This document shows, piece after piece, positions 1 through 11,020 of a DNA stretch of 64,000 nucleotides (the stretch's first letter is position 1; each line of letters starts with the position of its first letter). Below the pieces are notes generated by a model, which was given only the letters and a program-made list of their open reading frames with translations, did no database searches and was not told the DNA's origin. Made by a program: the position numbers and the translations under genes. The stretch spans positions 14,756,001-14,820,000 of the forward strand of contig NC_092672.1 in NCBI RefSeq assembly GCF_964355755.1. Reading direction: 5' to 3'. Source of the stretch: Antedon mediterranea. Its lineage: Eukaryota; Animalia; Echinodermata.

Positions 1-139
1 TCCTTAATGCTTCATGAAAATATGCAATATATGTGAACGGACAAGCCAGACCAGTCGCTTGTCGGTAATCCCTGAACTGAGATAAAGCCTATAAAATAGG
101 CAAAATCACATTAACACAAAAAAAATTGAAAAAAATATT

Positions 140-172
140 TTATCGACTAAATCTCCGCAGTAAAGGGGTTAA
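140..172. mobile_element. Possible right terminus of a TTAA-flanked (piggyBac-like) element extending off the window
   Basis: ...ccgcagtaaagggg|ttaa; the partner end is not visible. Confidence 0.3.
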
Positions 173-939
173 GTCGTTTCATAAGCAGACAATTTATAAA
201 GCAAGTATACAATGTAGACATGTTACATAGAAATATACTAAAGACATTTAACGTGTTAGAAGAACCTAATAATTTGACTTTCTACACCGGGCGGAAACCC
301 ATTCACAGTCACGAAAGTTATTTGAGCGAATACTCTACTTGGCCTAAAACACTAGCTCTGCATTTGAATTTAAATATTTGACTTGCGGTTAGGAAAATAA
401 AAGGAACCATCATTTTATAATATTACTATTAATAGGCTATTAATTGACCTATTAAAGATCGCTAAATAAATTTGTTTTTTTGTGGTAGCTCTCTATTCTA
501 GTTTAGCCTCCCTGTACACTTTATCACTGTACGCCTCACATTAATAAATAATACAACGCGAACTCTAATCAACACACGTGTACAAAATCCCGATGAAAAA
601 CAATTTAGATGAATTATATAAACTTTCTAATTTATTGCTTGACTAACAATTAGAGAAAAAATAAACTTTGTTACATACAGTAATGATAACAATTGAAACA
701 AAACAACTGATACCCACGTGTGTGTTGTTGTTGCAGGTGTCGTACTGGGAAAGCTACAAAGTGTATATTTTTAGTATAATATGTTATGTTGGGTTTAAAG
801 CAACATTCCAACCTATTTTATTAGGAAAAAAAGTGTTTCATAGGGTTGTGAAAAAAAAAATCTCATGGAATTGAAATTAAAACACAACAATTCCTGGAAC
901 ATTGGAGTAATTTTTAGCTATCTGTATTACTTTATTTAC

Positions 940-2799
940 CTTTCTGTGTTCTTTTTCCGCTTCTCGCACTTCTGGGTTTGTAAAATATCCTTTTTCATTC
1001 TGTGAATGGCCTCTTCGGTTGCTTCTATTTCAAACCTTTTCTCTTGGGTAGTTAGTTCATTTTCAAACATTATGCATTTTCCTTGTTCCAACTCTATTTC
1101 TGAAAGCTCATATCTTAAAAAACAAAACAACCTATTGAAATATTTGTATACTTATTGAAGTTCACGAAGTAAAACAATGAAATTGCCTAATAATAGTTTA
1201 TTTTCTACAGCTGGCCCATCCAGTAAAATCTATAAATAACTATTCTCCTGGCATCATTTTAAAATTGTTGTAGATGACTAAAAAGCTTCTATTCTCATAC
1301 TGAAAAATCAGCCAATCTTCAAACAATATGAACAGAACAAGGAGCTTCTCTAAAAACTGAACATCTAGCATCTAGATTGGGGCAAGTTTATATGTCAGAA
1401 AAAAAGTTTTCTTGGGTAGAACAATAGAAATACCCTCAAGCAGTATTAGTAGATCACTCATTGCGAATGTAAAATGTATCCTATAATACATTGGTATCGA
1501 ATTTAATTTAAATTTCCCTTTAAAAGATATTTTAAAATCTTACTCTGCATTATCTAGTCTGATAATAACTTGCTTTTCCAAGTTCTCTTCTGCTTTATAC
1601 TCAAGATTAAGTTTCTCTTGTTTCGATTGAAGAAGATACACTTTAGCCATGTTTCCTTCCGTGTAACATTTCTCAATCTGGCCAAACACGTGATTGCGTT
1701 CTAATTCAAGAATTTCAATATTTGTTCGGCATTTTCTCAATTCATCTCTATCAGAACACAAAATCCATTGAATTTCTTAGTAAATGGATTGCACATTCCA
1801 TTTCATAAAAAAATATCATATCATATAAAAAAGCAAATTACTTTTACGTAATACCTTTTACAATTTAAAAAAAATTTGAATTCCAATGGAATTTATAACA
1901 TTATTGATTTCTTCATGAGTCGGTGTCAGTTTATTTCAAAATCAATGTCTATAGACGGAAAGAAACGCTATTCCTCCACTGAAATTTATTCAGATTTTTT
2001 TTTTTCTTAAGTTCCGTTCATTTTTATCCTAATATGAATGTTTTATGATGAAATAATAATTTTGAATTGTTTCCCCGTAGTAAATCAACAAAAAGTTTGC
2101 AACACTTTACCTTATCCTGTGTACTTCATTCTCCTTTCTTTGCACTTTTTCTGATAAGAGGTTATTACGTTTTCTTATTGCTCTCATTCTCAGTTTCTCT
2201 TCACGTCCTACCTTCTGTTTTTTAAAGTCTTTGTTTATATCACTTCCAATGATATTTTCATGGCTATTAATAAACATAATTTAATAATTTACTAAATCAA
2301 TAGTGTAATATTGTGTAAAAATAACGGATATGCATCAGTTTGAGATCAAAGCTTCCGTGTCCCTTGCCGACAAAGACAGTAGGAGAGCACGTTCTATTCA
2401 TTAATCCATGTTTAGACATTCTGATTCCAAATGTTTAAGAATGATCATGACCAGATATGAATAGTAACTATGGCCATGTTTGGACATAACCTTAATCATC
2501 CTTGATACCATGGTGGGCTCTTATATAACATACATATTAATAAGAGTGTGTTTATATAGATTTTGGACATTATACTTTGCTTTAGATAAAAATGTTTAGT
2601 TACTTGGAAGTAAAAAGATTCTGATATAAAAAAAATATTCATACTTCAGTATTGGAGGGTCATCTTCACTTGAACAAAACTCTGAATAACTATCCATCTC
2701 AAAAGAATCGTCGCCAGCCTTGTGGGTCCATGTGGTTGGTATTGCTGACCGTTGCTGTTGGTCACAAAATGGACTTGATAAGTCATCTTTTGTGTCCAT
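940..2799 (-). CDS. CFAP74: CFAP74-like coiled-coil cilia/flagella protein, first four coding exons (2645-2799, 2111-2263, 1544-1747, 940-1113); continues beyond the left edge
   Basis: Four exons joined by phase-2 GT-AG introns. RDELRKCRTNIEIL...EGNMAKVYLLQ...ELSEIELEQGK resembles the CFAP74 N-terminus as recalled (RGELRACRQ...AGNMAAVGRLQ...IEIQEGR). Confidence 0.7.
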
Positions 2800-3805
2800 A
2801 ACTGTTAACAGTTAAAGATGTATTGTCACCCTGAAAAAATATTTTATAAATGTTTATTTTAATGTCACATAATAGTTATTCAGTTTGACTAAAAGGTGGA
2901 TCGAGAAAAACATTTATTTACCTTTAAAAAAATAGTCAATGGGTTTTAAATTGTATTTTTTAACCGTATATTTTGTTATTTATAAGTGAAAACATTAATT
3001 TTTTATACAGAAGTGGGTGATTAACTTTATTAACACTGCGAATAACAAGTTAAATTCTTAACAAACAGAAATAACACCAGGAAAAAGAAAGTATTTAAAC
3101 CCACCTTTTTATCGCGGTGACTTTCCTTATACTTTACACTGAATTTTGCTTATCTTTTTACCGTTGGATTTTTGCCCATGAATTTAAATAAATAAATTTT
3201 TTTTTTCAATCATACATTGAATGTAGGCTTATCTTTTAAGAACATGTTAGTTCTTATTGTCCACAACACTGTCTGTTAAGGAATTACGCATTTTTAAGTG
3301 ACTTGACTACGAAAATATGCTTGTCATGCTATGTTATTTCTGTTGGTTATGCTTCCCTGCAGAGCATTGTTTGTCATCGATCGAAGATGTCTTCAGTTTC
3401 ATGAAAAGGCATATTAAACCATAAAAAGATCAATTCAAACACAATATAGGCCTAGTAGCTATTACTCAGTAGTACTACTCAGTAGTACTACTCAGGGAAA
3501 AATTTCATCTTAAAATTTTGTTTAGCAATATTGCTAATAAAACTGATTTTTGAGTCGAGAAACATAGTTTTCTATCGTATATTTTGCTATACAATTGTAG
3601 AAATGTGTAGCAAGAAGGTTGTTTTGTATAGTTTTTTGCTATGCTACACTGGCGAAATTATTCCCTGCTACTAACTTAACTACTAGCCTCTGGCCTACTT
3701 TTGTCTAACACTAAAAAGAAAATGCTAGCTGCCTCCTAGGCCCTACTAGAGAGATAGGTCTACAGTAGGCTGGGACACGAGAGAAGTACTAGGCATAACT
3801 AGAAA

Positions 3806-4806
3806 GGATGCTATTAAAGTCGCCCCATTGCAAAGTCGCCCTATACAAAGTTTCTTCTCACAAAGTCGGCCCAAAACAAAATCGCTCCATCGCAAAGTCG
3901 CCCCTAAACGTTAAAATAGTTATAATTGATATTCTTGGGCAACTTGAACACAAATTAACATGAAACGTGTAGGGAATAAAAAGGGGAAGCACCGCGCCAT
4001 GTAGTACTACAGTAGCTCACAGTACATCGATAAAAAGGGGAAGCCCCGCCATGTAGTACTACAGTAGCTCACAGTACATCGATCGGCAAGCACCGCGCCA
4101 TGTAGTACTACAGTAGCTCACAGTACATCGATCGGCAACGCTCCCATCAAACCATAATATTATTAAATAACAATAGACATATACTTGTTAATAAATGCAA
4201 ATGATCAATAAGTAGCCTATATAATAGGCCCTAACAGTAACACTCATTGTCTTGGATAATGCTTTTTGTTTTAACTAATCTATATATAACACATTTATTA
4301 TTATATTATCCTAAAAAATAAGCTGGTATCCATTTGTATTGTAGGTTGAAGAAAGATTCGTATAATTGTGGATCTGGTAACTAATTTTAAAATCATATTA
4401 AATTAACATTTTCAAAACTTAAAATCAGTGGTAATCTTTTTAGAAACTTTCAAAACAGAACTATTTTTTAATGACTTTCAAAAAGCACATATTATTTATA
4501 TAATAGGATAAACATTAATGTATACAACATTTAGCGTGACCAAAGTAACAACGGGACCAGTAACAACATGATCGATATCAACGAAACCGATGATTAAAAC
4601 AGCGTACTAGCGACAGCACTTCATAAAGGTTTAAATACCATACCGAAATAAAACTGTGGGTCAACTTTGCGATTGGGCGACTGCGTTGGGGCGACTTTGC
4701 GATGGGGTGACTTTGCGTTGGGGTGACTTTGCGATGGGGCGACTTTATATTGGGCGACTTTGTAGGCTATTGGGCAACTTTGCGATGGGGCAACTTGACT
4801 GTATCC
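3806..4806. mobile_element. Non-autonomous DNA transposon with inverted subterminal arrays (aaagtcgcccc / ggggcgacttt)
   Basis: Motif arrays at 3817-3905 and 4662-4800 in opposite orientation; ends ggat.../...atcc; internal 3x ~50-bp repeat at 3988-4138. Confidence 0.7.
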
Positions 4807-4809
4807 CGC

Positions 4810-5240
4810 CCTCGGGCTAGGCTACTAGGCTAGGCCTAACTACCTAGCCTAGTAGGCCCCTACCTCTATCTAGGCCTGGCCCTAGCCTAAGTCTCTAGTA
4901 GGCTAGTAAACCTAACTAGGCCTCCTAGGGCTGGGATATCCCTACTAGGCCCTAGGGCCTAGAGGGCTAGTAATCCTAGCCCTTGTTAGCCTAGCTAGTA
5001 GGCCAGGCCTAGGCCTAGGCCTAGCTAGGCTAGTAGAGTAGGCCCCTAGCCTAGCTAGGCCCCTACTAGCATAATAGAGGCACAAAATGGAATAACTGTT
5101 GACACACACACCACGGAATTATTACTCTCACATGGAGAGCGTAGTATGCCTTATCAATTAGCTACTACTAGAGCTAGGCCTAGGCTACGTTACGTTAAGC
5201 CAACTGTAGCTAGGCCCTACTAGTAGAACTAACTTGGCCT
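4810..5240. repeat. CTAG/TAGGCC-rich low-complexity tract
   Basis: Dense ctaggcctag motifs. Confidence 0.7.
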
Positions 5241-5784
5241 GGTGGTAGTAGTAGCTTAGCAGCAGCCTTCGAGTCGTCCTGTGGTGGTGTTGTGTGTGGT
5301 GTTGTTTTGGAAACGTAAAACAAACGACCATGAAAAAAATTAAAAAGTAGTATGGAACGCCGTTAGTGCCTTCGTCGGCTCTTTTTCTGTTCGACTCTGT
5401 ATATAAAGGCGTGGGGGAACTCACTCCCTTCCACATTCTCAAAACTTTTCTATTGTTCTCAATTTTTCATTTATTCATTTATTCATTTAGCATCCATTTA
5501 ACAATACATTTAAAATACATAACAAAGAAAAAATACAAACAATTGGGATATTAAAATTGAATGGATGCAAGGACGACCCATAAAATTGACATGTCAATTT
5601 ATTTCCAATGGGGTCCATTGCAAGAGAAATCGGAGATTATGTGAAAGACATAATAAAAATCACATATAAAATGTTAAAAACGATTTATCATTTATTATCA
5701 TTTATTATACAAATTCTTCATAATTTATATACTGTACAATTTTTACAATTTCAAATCAAATTACGTTTTCAAAACTCATGTTCC

Positions 5785-6290
5785 TGTCTTCTTATATTCC
5801 TCACTTTTATCAAACAATTTCATGCTCTATAATGCAATACATGTATAGGCCTACTTCTCTTTATGCTTTTTAAATTCTTTTGTTATCACCTTATCTTGTT
5901 ACCAGTCTATTTGTTAATTCTTTTTGATATGGTAATCCATTCTTTCTAACAGATAATCTTTAGGTAAATGATGTAATTCCTATTCTAGATCAACTTCTGG
6001 TACAACTTCTGGTACATAACTATGGTGATGTTTCCTTCCAATATTTTACACCATCTTTTACATTGATCGACTAAAATCTGCCTACTGGTAGTGGTTGTGA
6101 CAGTGCCCAGAAATATAAATTCTTTGTATCATAAGTACATATATTTAGATGGTTACTCATCATGGTTAATCCTGTATATATTTAGTATTAGCTTTTGAAT
6201 GTCTATGACCAAGGCAATCTGAACAATCTATCATAACATACTTTGATCTGTGGTTAGGCTTCGATTTGATCGAAGTAGACACAATATCTC
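5785..6290 (-). pseudogene. Degenerate Maverick/Polinton-type protein-primed DNA polymerase B fragment
   Basis: Colinear broken motifs: HRHSKANTKY, PSKY, YDTKNLYFWALSQPLPVGRF, EVDLE*ELHHLPKDY, VLHYR, FDKS.NIRR; multiple stops and frameshifts. Confidence 0.7.
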
Positions 6291-6305
6291 AGATTTTTAA
6301 CATTG

Positions 6306-6560
6306 TTTATCTCCGCCAAAGAGGTATATATGTAATCGGTTGCATGTGTCTGTCTGTTTGTTAGCAGGATTACTTAAAAAGTAATGAAAATACAGATAGA
6401 TAGTGGTCAAGCACCACTCCGTTAAATTTTGGAGGCAATGCGAACCACGGTCCCAACTTTTAATATTATTTTCCGACCTGCTAGTGTTAAAAGATAGGAC
6501 AGAATTTTGGAAAAGTAACGTAAACTGATTTTGCATTTTTCTCGAGAACTGCTTCACAAA
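6306..6560 (+). mobile_element. Helentron/DINE-like non-autonomous element fragment
   Basis: tttatctccgccaaagaggt...gtgtctgtctgtttgttagcaggattac start typical of this repeat class. Confidence 0.4.
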
Positions 6561-7299
6561 AACTGTAATTTAAAAAAATAAGTACGGTAGATTTAATGTA
6601 AAGTTTTTTTTTATACGAGTAGAAAAAATATATATACATATTTCTTTTTAAATTCACCTGTTTGTTTTTGGCGTTCCTGTTCTATTGTCAGTTAACTGAA
6701 AGTATTGTTAGTTGAGAGGCTGGTTACATAACCTTTACACTAAACTCCCATACACATGCTTGTAGTGAAATTAGCCTAAATCATGCACAAACACACACAC
6801 ACCAATATATATATATATATCTTTCCGGATAAATCTTATGTAGGAGAACGTTACAGTAGGCACTCTCGGAATAGCTTTCTAATTTTTTAATTAATTAAAA
6901 TAATGCTTACCGTTAACCTTCATTTTGACCATGTTGATATTAAAATTCATAAAACCAGATGATGTTAATACTCACTTTATTGTTTTTCTCCAAAAAGTGC
7001 CTTTTATACCTTCCTTAATTAATATATTATACGTTTATTAAATACATTGATAGTAATGTTATGCAGTTCGTATAGTAAGTTAAACTTGCCGGTCTAAAAT
7101 TAAAAACATCAGGTAGTTAGTTTTTACAAATACATATCGCATTATGCTTCACAGTATTTTATCATAGACTTCACATGCATGATCATCTTCACTTATAGGG
7201 CTTGATAAATATTATCATTATATACATAAGTTGATAAACTCATCCATCCTTGTAACAGGTTTCCATTTCTTACTAGTAGACCTATGTAGAGATAACTGT

Positions 7300-8245
7300 C
7301 GTCGTCATCATCATAATAATGATAATTTAGGTATTTGTATAGCGCCAGAATCAACTAAACCGAAGTAAAAATCAAAGGCGCTTATATTGGATGTTAAAAA
7401 GATGCGTTTTAAGTTCTTTAAAAAAAATAGCAATAGAAGTTGATTTAGTAAAATGACGAGGGAGAGAATTCCAAAGAGAAGCAGCAGAGAACATAAAAGA
7501 CCTTTGTCCATAAGATTTGGTGCTAATTCTAGGAACAAGTAGTAGGTTTTGATCAGCCGAACGAAGACAAGCAAGAGGGGTGTAGGTGGGAAGAAAATCA
7601 AGGAGATAAGTAGGTTGTTTAAGAAGTAGCGCTTTAAATGTTAGTAAAAGGATCTTATATTTTATACGGGAGTCAATAGGTAGCCAATGGAGGTTATATA
7701 AAATAGGAGATATGTGTGTAGTAAGAGTTAGAATGCGTACAGCAGTGTTCTGGAGACGTTGAAGTCGATTCACTAAAGATTTCGATAGGGCAAAAAGTTG
7801 CAATAATCAAGCCGAGAAGTGACAGAGGCATTTATTAATGTAGTAAAGGCAGTAAGCTTTGACAGATACTGTAAGTTAGTAGTTTTTGTAACATGACTTA
7901 TATGTTTGTTGAAAGATAAAAATTCATCAAAATAAACCACAAGATTTTTAACAAAAGGTGATGGATAAATTGTACAGGAATTAAAAGAAATCGAGGGAAT
8001 ATTGAATTTGGAACGTATTATGTGTTTGGTGGAAAAAATGATAAATTCGGTTTTAGAATTGTTAAGCAAGAGCATGTTAGATGCTAGCCAGGATGATATT
8101 TTAGAGAGAAAACTTTCAATTCGTTTAGTTATATCGTGAGATTCAGAAGGATTAAAATCGGCATATAGCTGTAAGTCATCAGCATATAAGTGGTAGTGTA
8201 AATTGTATTCTTTAATAATTTCAGTGAGAGGAGAAATATATAGAG
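7300..8245 (-). mobile_element. L2/CR1-group LINE 3' fragment (RT C-terminus and tail)
   Basis: YHLYADDLQLY, LNNSKTEFI, SRLDYCN, LQRLQNTAVR, LHWLPIDSRIKYKI; frameshifted; gcgctatacaaat plus simple-repeat tail. Confidence 0.9.
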
Positions 8246-8649
8246 ATCTTTACAATATTTTTGATACAACATGGAAAAAAAACAACTTCACATGATCTCA
8301 TGTAAGGTTTATATTTAAATCTATTATGATTATTCTTAGTACCAACTGGATGAAGTTTACTTAGTATTTCCCATATAGCACACACTGTTTTTCACATTGA
8401 TAACACCATGTTTAAGCTCTAATCGGTTAAGATCTCACTGCTTCAATGTCAAAATAAGATATAGCATGTGGTATTAAAACCAGATACATCTGTCATCCTT
8501 CTCCAATAAGCCTATCTGTTGAGATGTCTATCAACATCTTCAATTAGTGTTGATTGTGTAAACACAATATTTTTATTAGATGTTTCAGCAATATCACCAT
8601 CTTTTGTGTATTTAACAGTTAAAATTAATTGATACTTACATTTTTTTTA

Positions 8650-8860
8650 CCATATTTAATGAGGGTGATCCATCCAGCAATTGCTGATCATTAGGGACCC
8701 TCAGAGGTTCACAAGACAAATATAAAAGTCTTATTACAAGTCTTTGGGAGTGGATTTGTAATTGTGTCCTTAGAAAAAATCCTGACATGTGACGGGACTT
8801 GAAGCCAGGACCCTTGGAGTGGTAACCAAGCATCATAACCACCACGCCACAACTCCTCTC
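8650..8860 (-). mobile_element. tRNA-derived SINE (degenerate)
   Basis: Box A TGGCGTGGTGG and box B GGCTTCAAGTCC followed by a non-tRNA body. Confidence 0.55.
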
Positions 8861-10421
8861 AGATGCAGGAAATATTTTTAAGGTATCAGTCAACTTTTTA
8901 TAGATAATTTCATGAAACAGCTTGAAGAATGTAACAGAATGTTTGAAATCCTCTCATTTAATGTAATGACAAATATTTCTTTGAGTAGGAGTTTAGTACA
9001 CTTAAAATATAATGTTTTTAACTCGATCTAGGTATTGGATCATAATACCTAATATCTGGAACTGAACTCCTTCTTGCACTAAATAAATATTTATTATTAT
9101 GTTGTTTGTAATTTATTTCAGTAAGTTCACCTAAGATTAAAATAAGGTAGGATTACCAAACCTAAGTAGTAATACACTATTCATTTAATACATTTCGTTT
9201 TATTTACATTGAAAGTATCTATTTTTATTTCATCGTTTTTGTTTTTATTTATTATTTTAAGTAGTAAATTGTATTAGTTTATATGCATGTGTATTGTTTC
9301 TGGGGTCTTTCTCAAGACAAGAAACTTAATTTCTTCTAGAGAAGACCCCAAATGATGGCTTATTACCTTGCTTTCATTTAAATATGTACACACCTACTGT
9401 ATATATTACACTGTTAAAAAATATGCCATTGTTGAACAAATAAATGTTTTTTGAACTTTTTTGATTTATATTTAAAAATGTTTTTAGCTTTTATTTAAAA
9501 TCTTAATATTTGTCATTATAGTCTCGTTGATATTTTGAGAATGAAAGTTCTTTAGAGATGATTAGGTGGAAAAAAGAAATTGATATTTTTTTACTGTTCT
9601 CATATTATTTTTGAGCCATTTAACTAAAGACTAAACTTTCTATGTTTAGTTTTTATGAGAAAGGATAGAATATAACAATTTGAGAAATCCAAGTAATTAC
9701 CACATATTATATAAAAGCAAGTGTTTTTCATATCTATTTTTTATGTAAAAGTACTTAATCATGGAAATATTCAATTTCATTATTTTGTGAGTATCTAAAA
9801 AGTTAATTTATTGATAATATATTTCAGAATAATGAGAAAATGTAAAGAAGACATGGAAAATAAGAGGGAGTTGAGAGGAAAGGGTAATTTTTTAAGTTTA
9901 AATGTATAAAGAAGAGTTTGGAAATGTGATTTGATTAGTTAGAAATTGTAAAAATAAACAATTATAAATCATTTGAGAAAACAGAAAAGTTTTAGGAATG
10001 TGAGGTTAGACCCCTTTATACATCTGAAGCCAACTGATCTTCGAAAAGAAGCCCCCCACCCGGTGGTTGCAAAAGTAATTTTGAAAAGAAGCTCATCTTG
10101 AAAAGAAGCCCAGTGGGCTTGATAGACTGTATTTGAATGTCAATAGAAATGTATGATTGTGTATCACATCAATATATTTATGACCTTACAACGATTCATT
10201 ATTTTAAGAATCATGCCTCATATTTATTCTACAAGTATTGTTTTCCAAATGGTACTTGTTTTTGTCCGCTTCGTTGAAAAATATGTAAATTGGCAGGAAA
10301 TGTCTAAAAAATCATATTATTGTACTAGCAATTCACAAAATTTACAGCATTCCCTTGAAAAAAGGCCCCTTCTTCATAGCATAACTAGAATTCTACTTTT
10401 TGTTCATATTTAATACAAATA

Positions 10422-10600
10422 TAGTCGACTGTCCAAATACCGGACTCACTGAAAACCTCTCCAAAACCAGATTTGTTTGAGTTTCAAATGGTACAACATT
10501 CATTTTTACTATTTAGAAACACATTCAGAATACAAGACTTTACTGAAAACAAGACACATTAGGCTAGCCCAAACGTGTCCGGTATTGGGATAGTTGACTG
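10422..10600. mobile_element. Tc1/mariner (Tigger-like) MITE
   Basis: ~26-bp imperfect TIRs (agtcgactgtccaaataccggac / gtccggtattgggatagttgactg), TA flanks. Confidence 0.65.
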
Positions 10601-10994
10601 TAGTTGCCATGCACTAGTGCATGAAAAAAAATAATCGCTTCTGGGGTTTTATAGAAAAAAAATGCAACCTACATTTTCAAGTGTAGAATTTAATTTCAGT
10701 TATGATTACACAAAATGGATTACACAGTTCATGGTCTACTGAGGATGTCTAGTTTTAGCTTAATTTCACAAACTTTTTAAAAGCTGTCTTGTTCAATGCC
10801 TGTGCTCATCTCCAACAATGTTTTAAATATGAAAAACACACATCTTTTTACAACAGTTTATTCTTTAATGCATGGGATATGTAGGAATTACAGGAATCAA
10901 TAAAATCCAAGTATTTATATTTTATAAACTTATTTAAGACTTTTGTTTTTGGGTAGGCTTCAATACTGATATTCTTAATACAAATAGCTAAAGA

Positions 10995-11020
10995 TCAAGA
11001 GTTGCCAACAAGTCCTGTGC
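10995..11020 (-). CDS. USP48: USP48 last coding exon (GTGLVGNS-stop)
   Basis: ttcttacag acceptor, TGA at 10995-10997, matches the GTGLLG terminus. Confidence 0.88.

Noticed and set aside
2935-3045. Similarity to 35797-35903
   Set aside because: Diverged copies of a dispersed repeat, with no functional signal.
5185-5554. Short ORFs or a promoter for the CFAP74-like gene
   Set aside because: The ORFs have no recognisable homology. A promoter or first exon is plausible in this GC-richer patch but cannot be supported from sequence alone.
8770-8860. tRNA gene
   Set aside because: A/B boxes are present but I could not fold a convincing cloverleaf; it continues into a SINE-like body.
10040-10122. 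tcttgaaaagaagcccagtgggcttgat motif also present inverted at ~62370-62410
   Set aside because: Most simply two fragments of a dispersed repeat family; 52 kb apart with no evidence that they bound one element.
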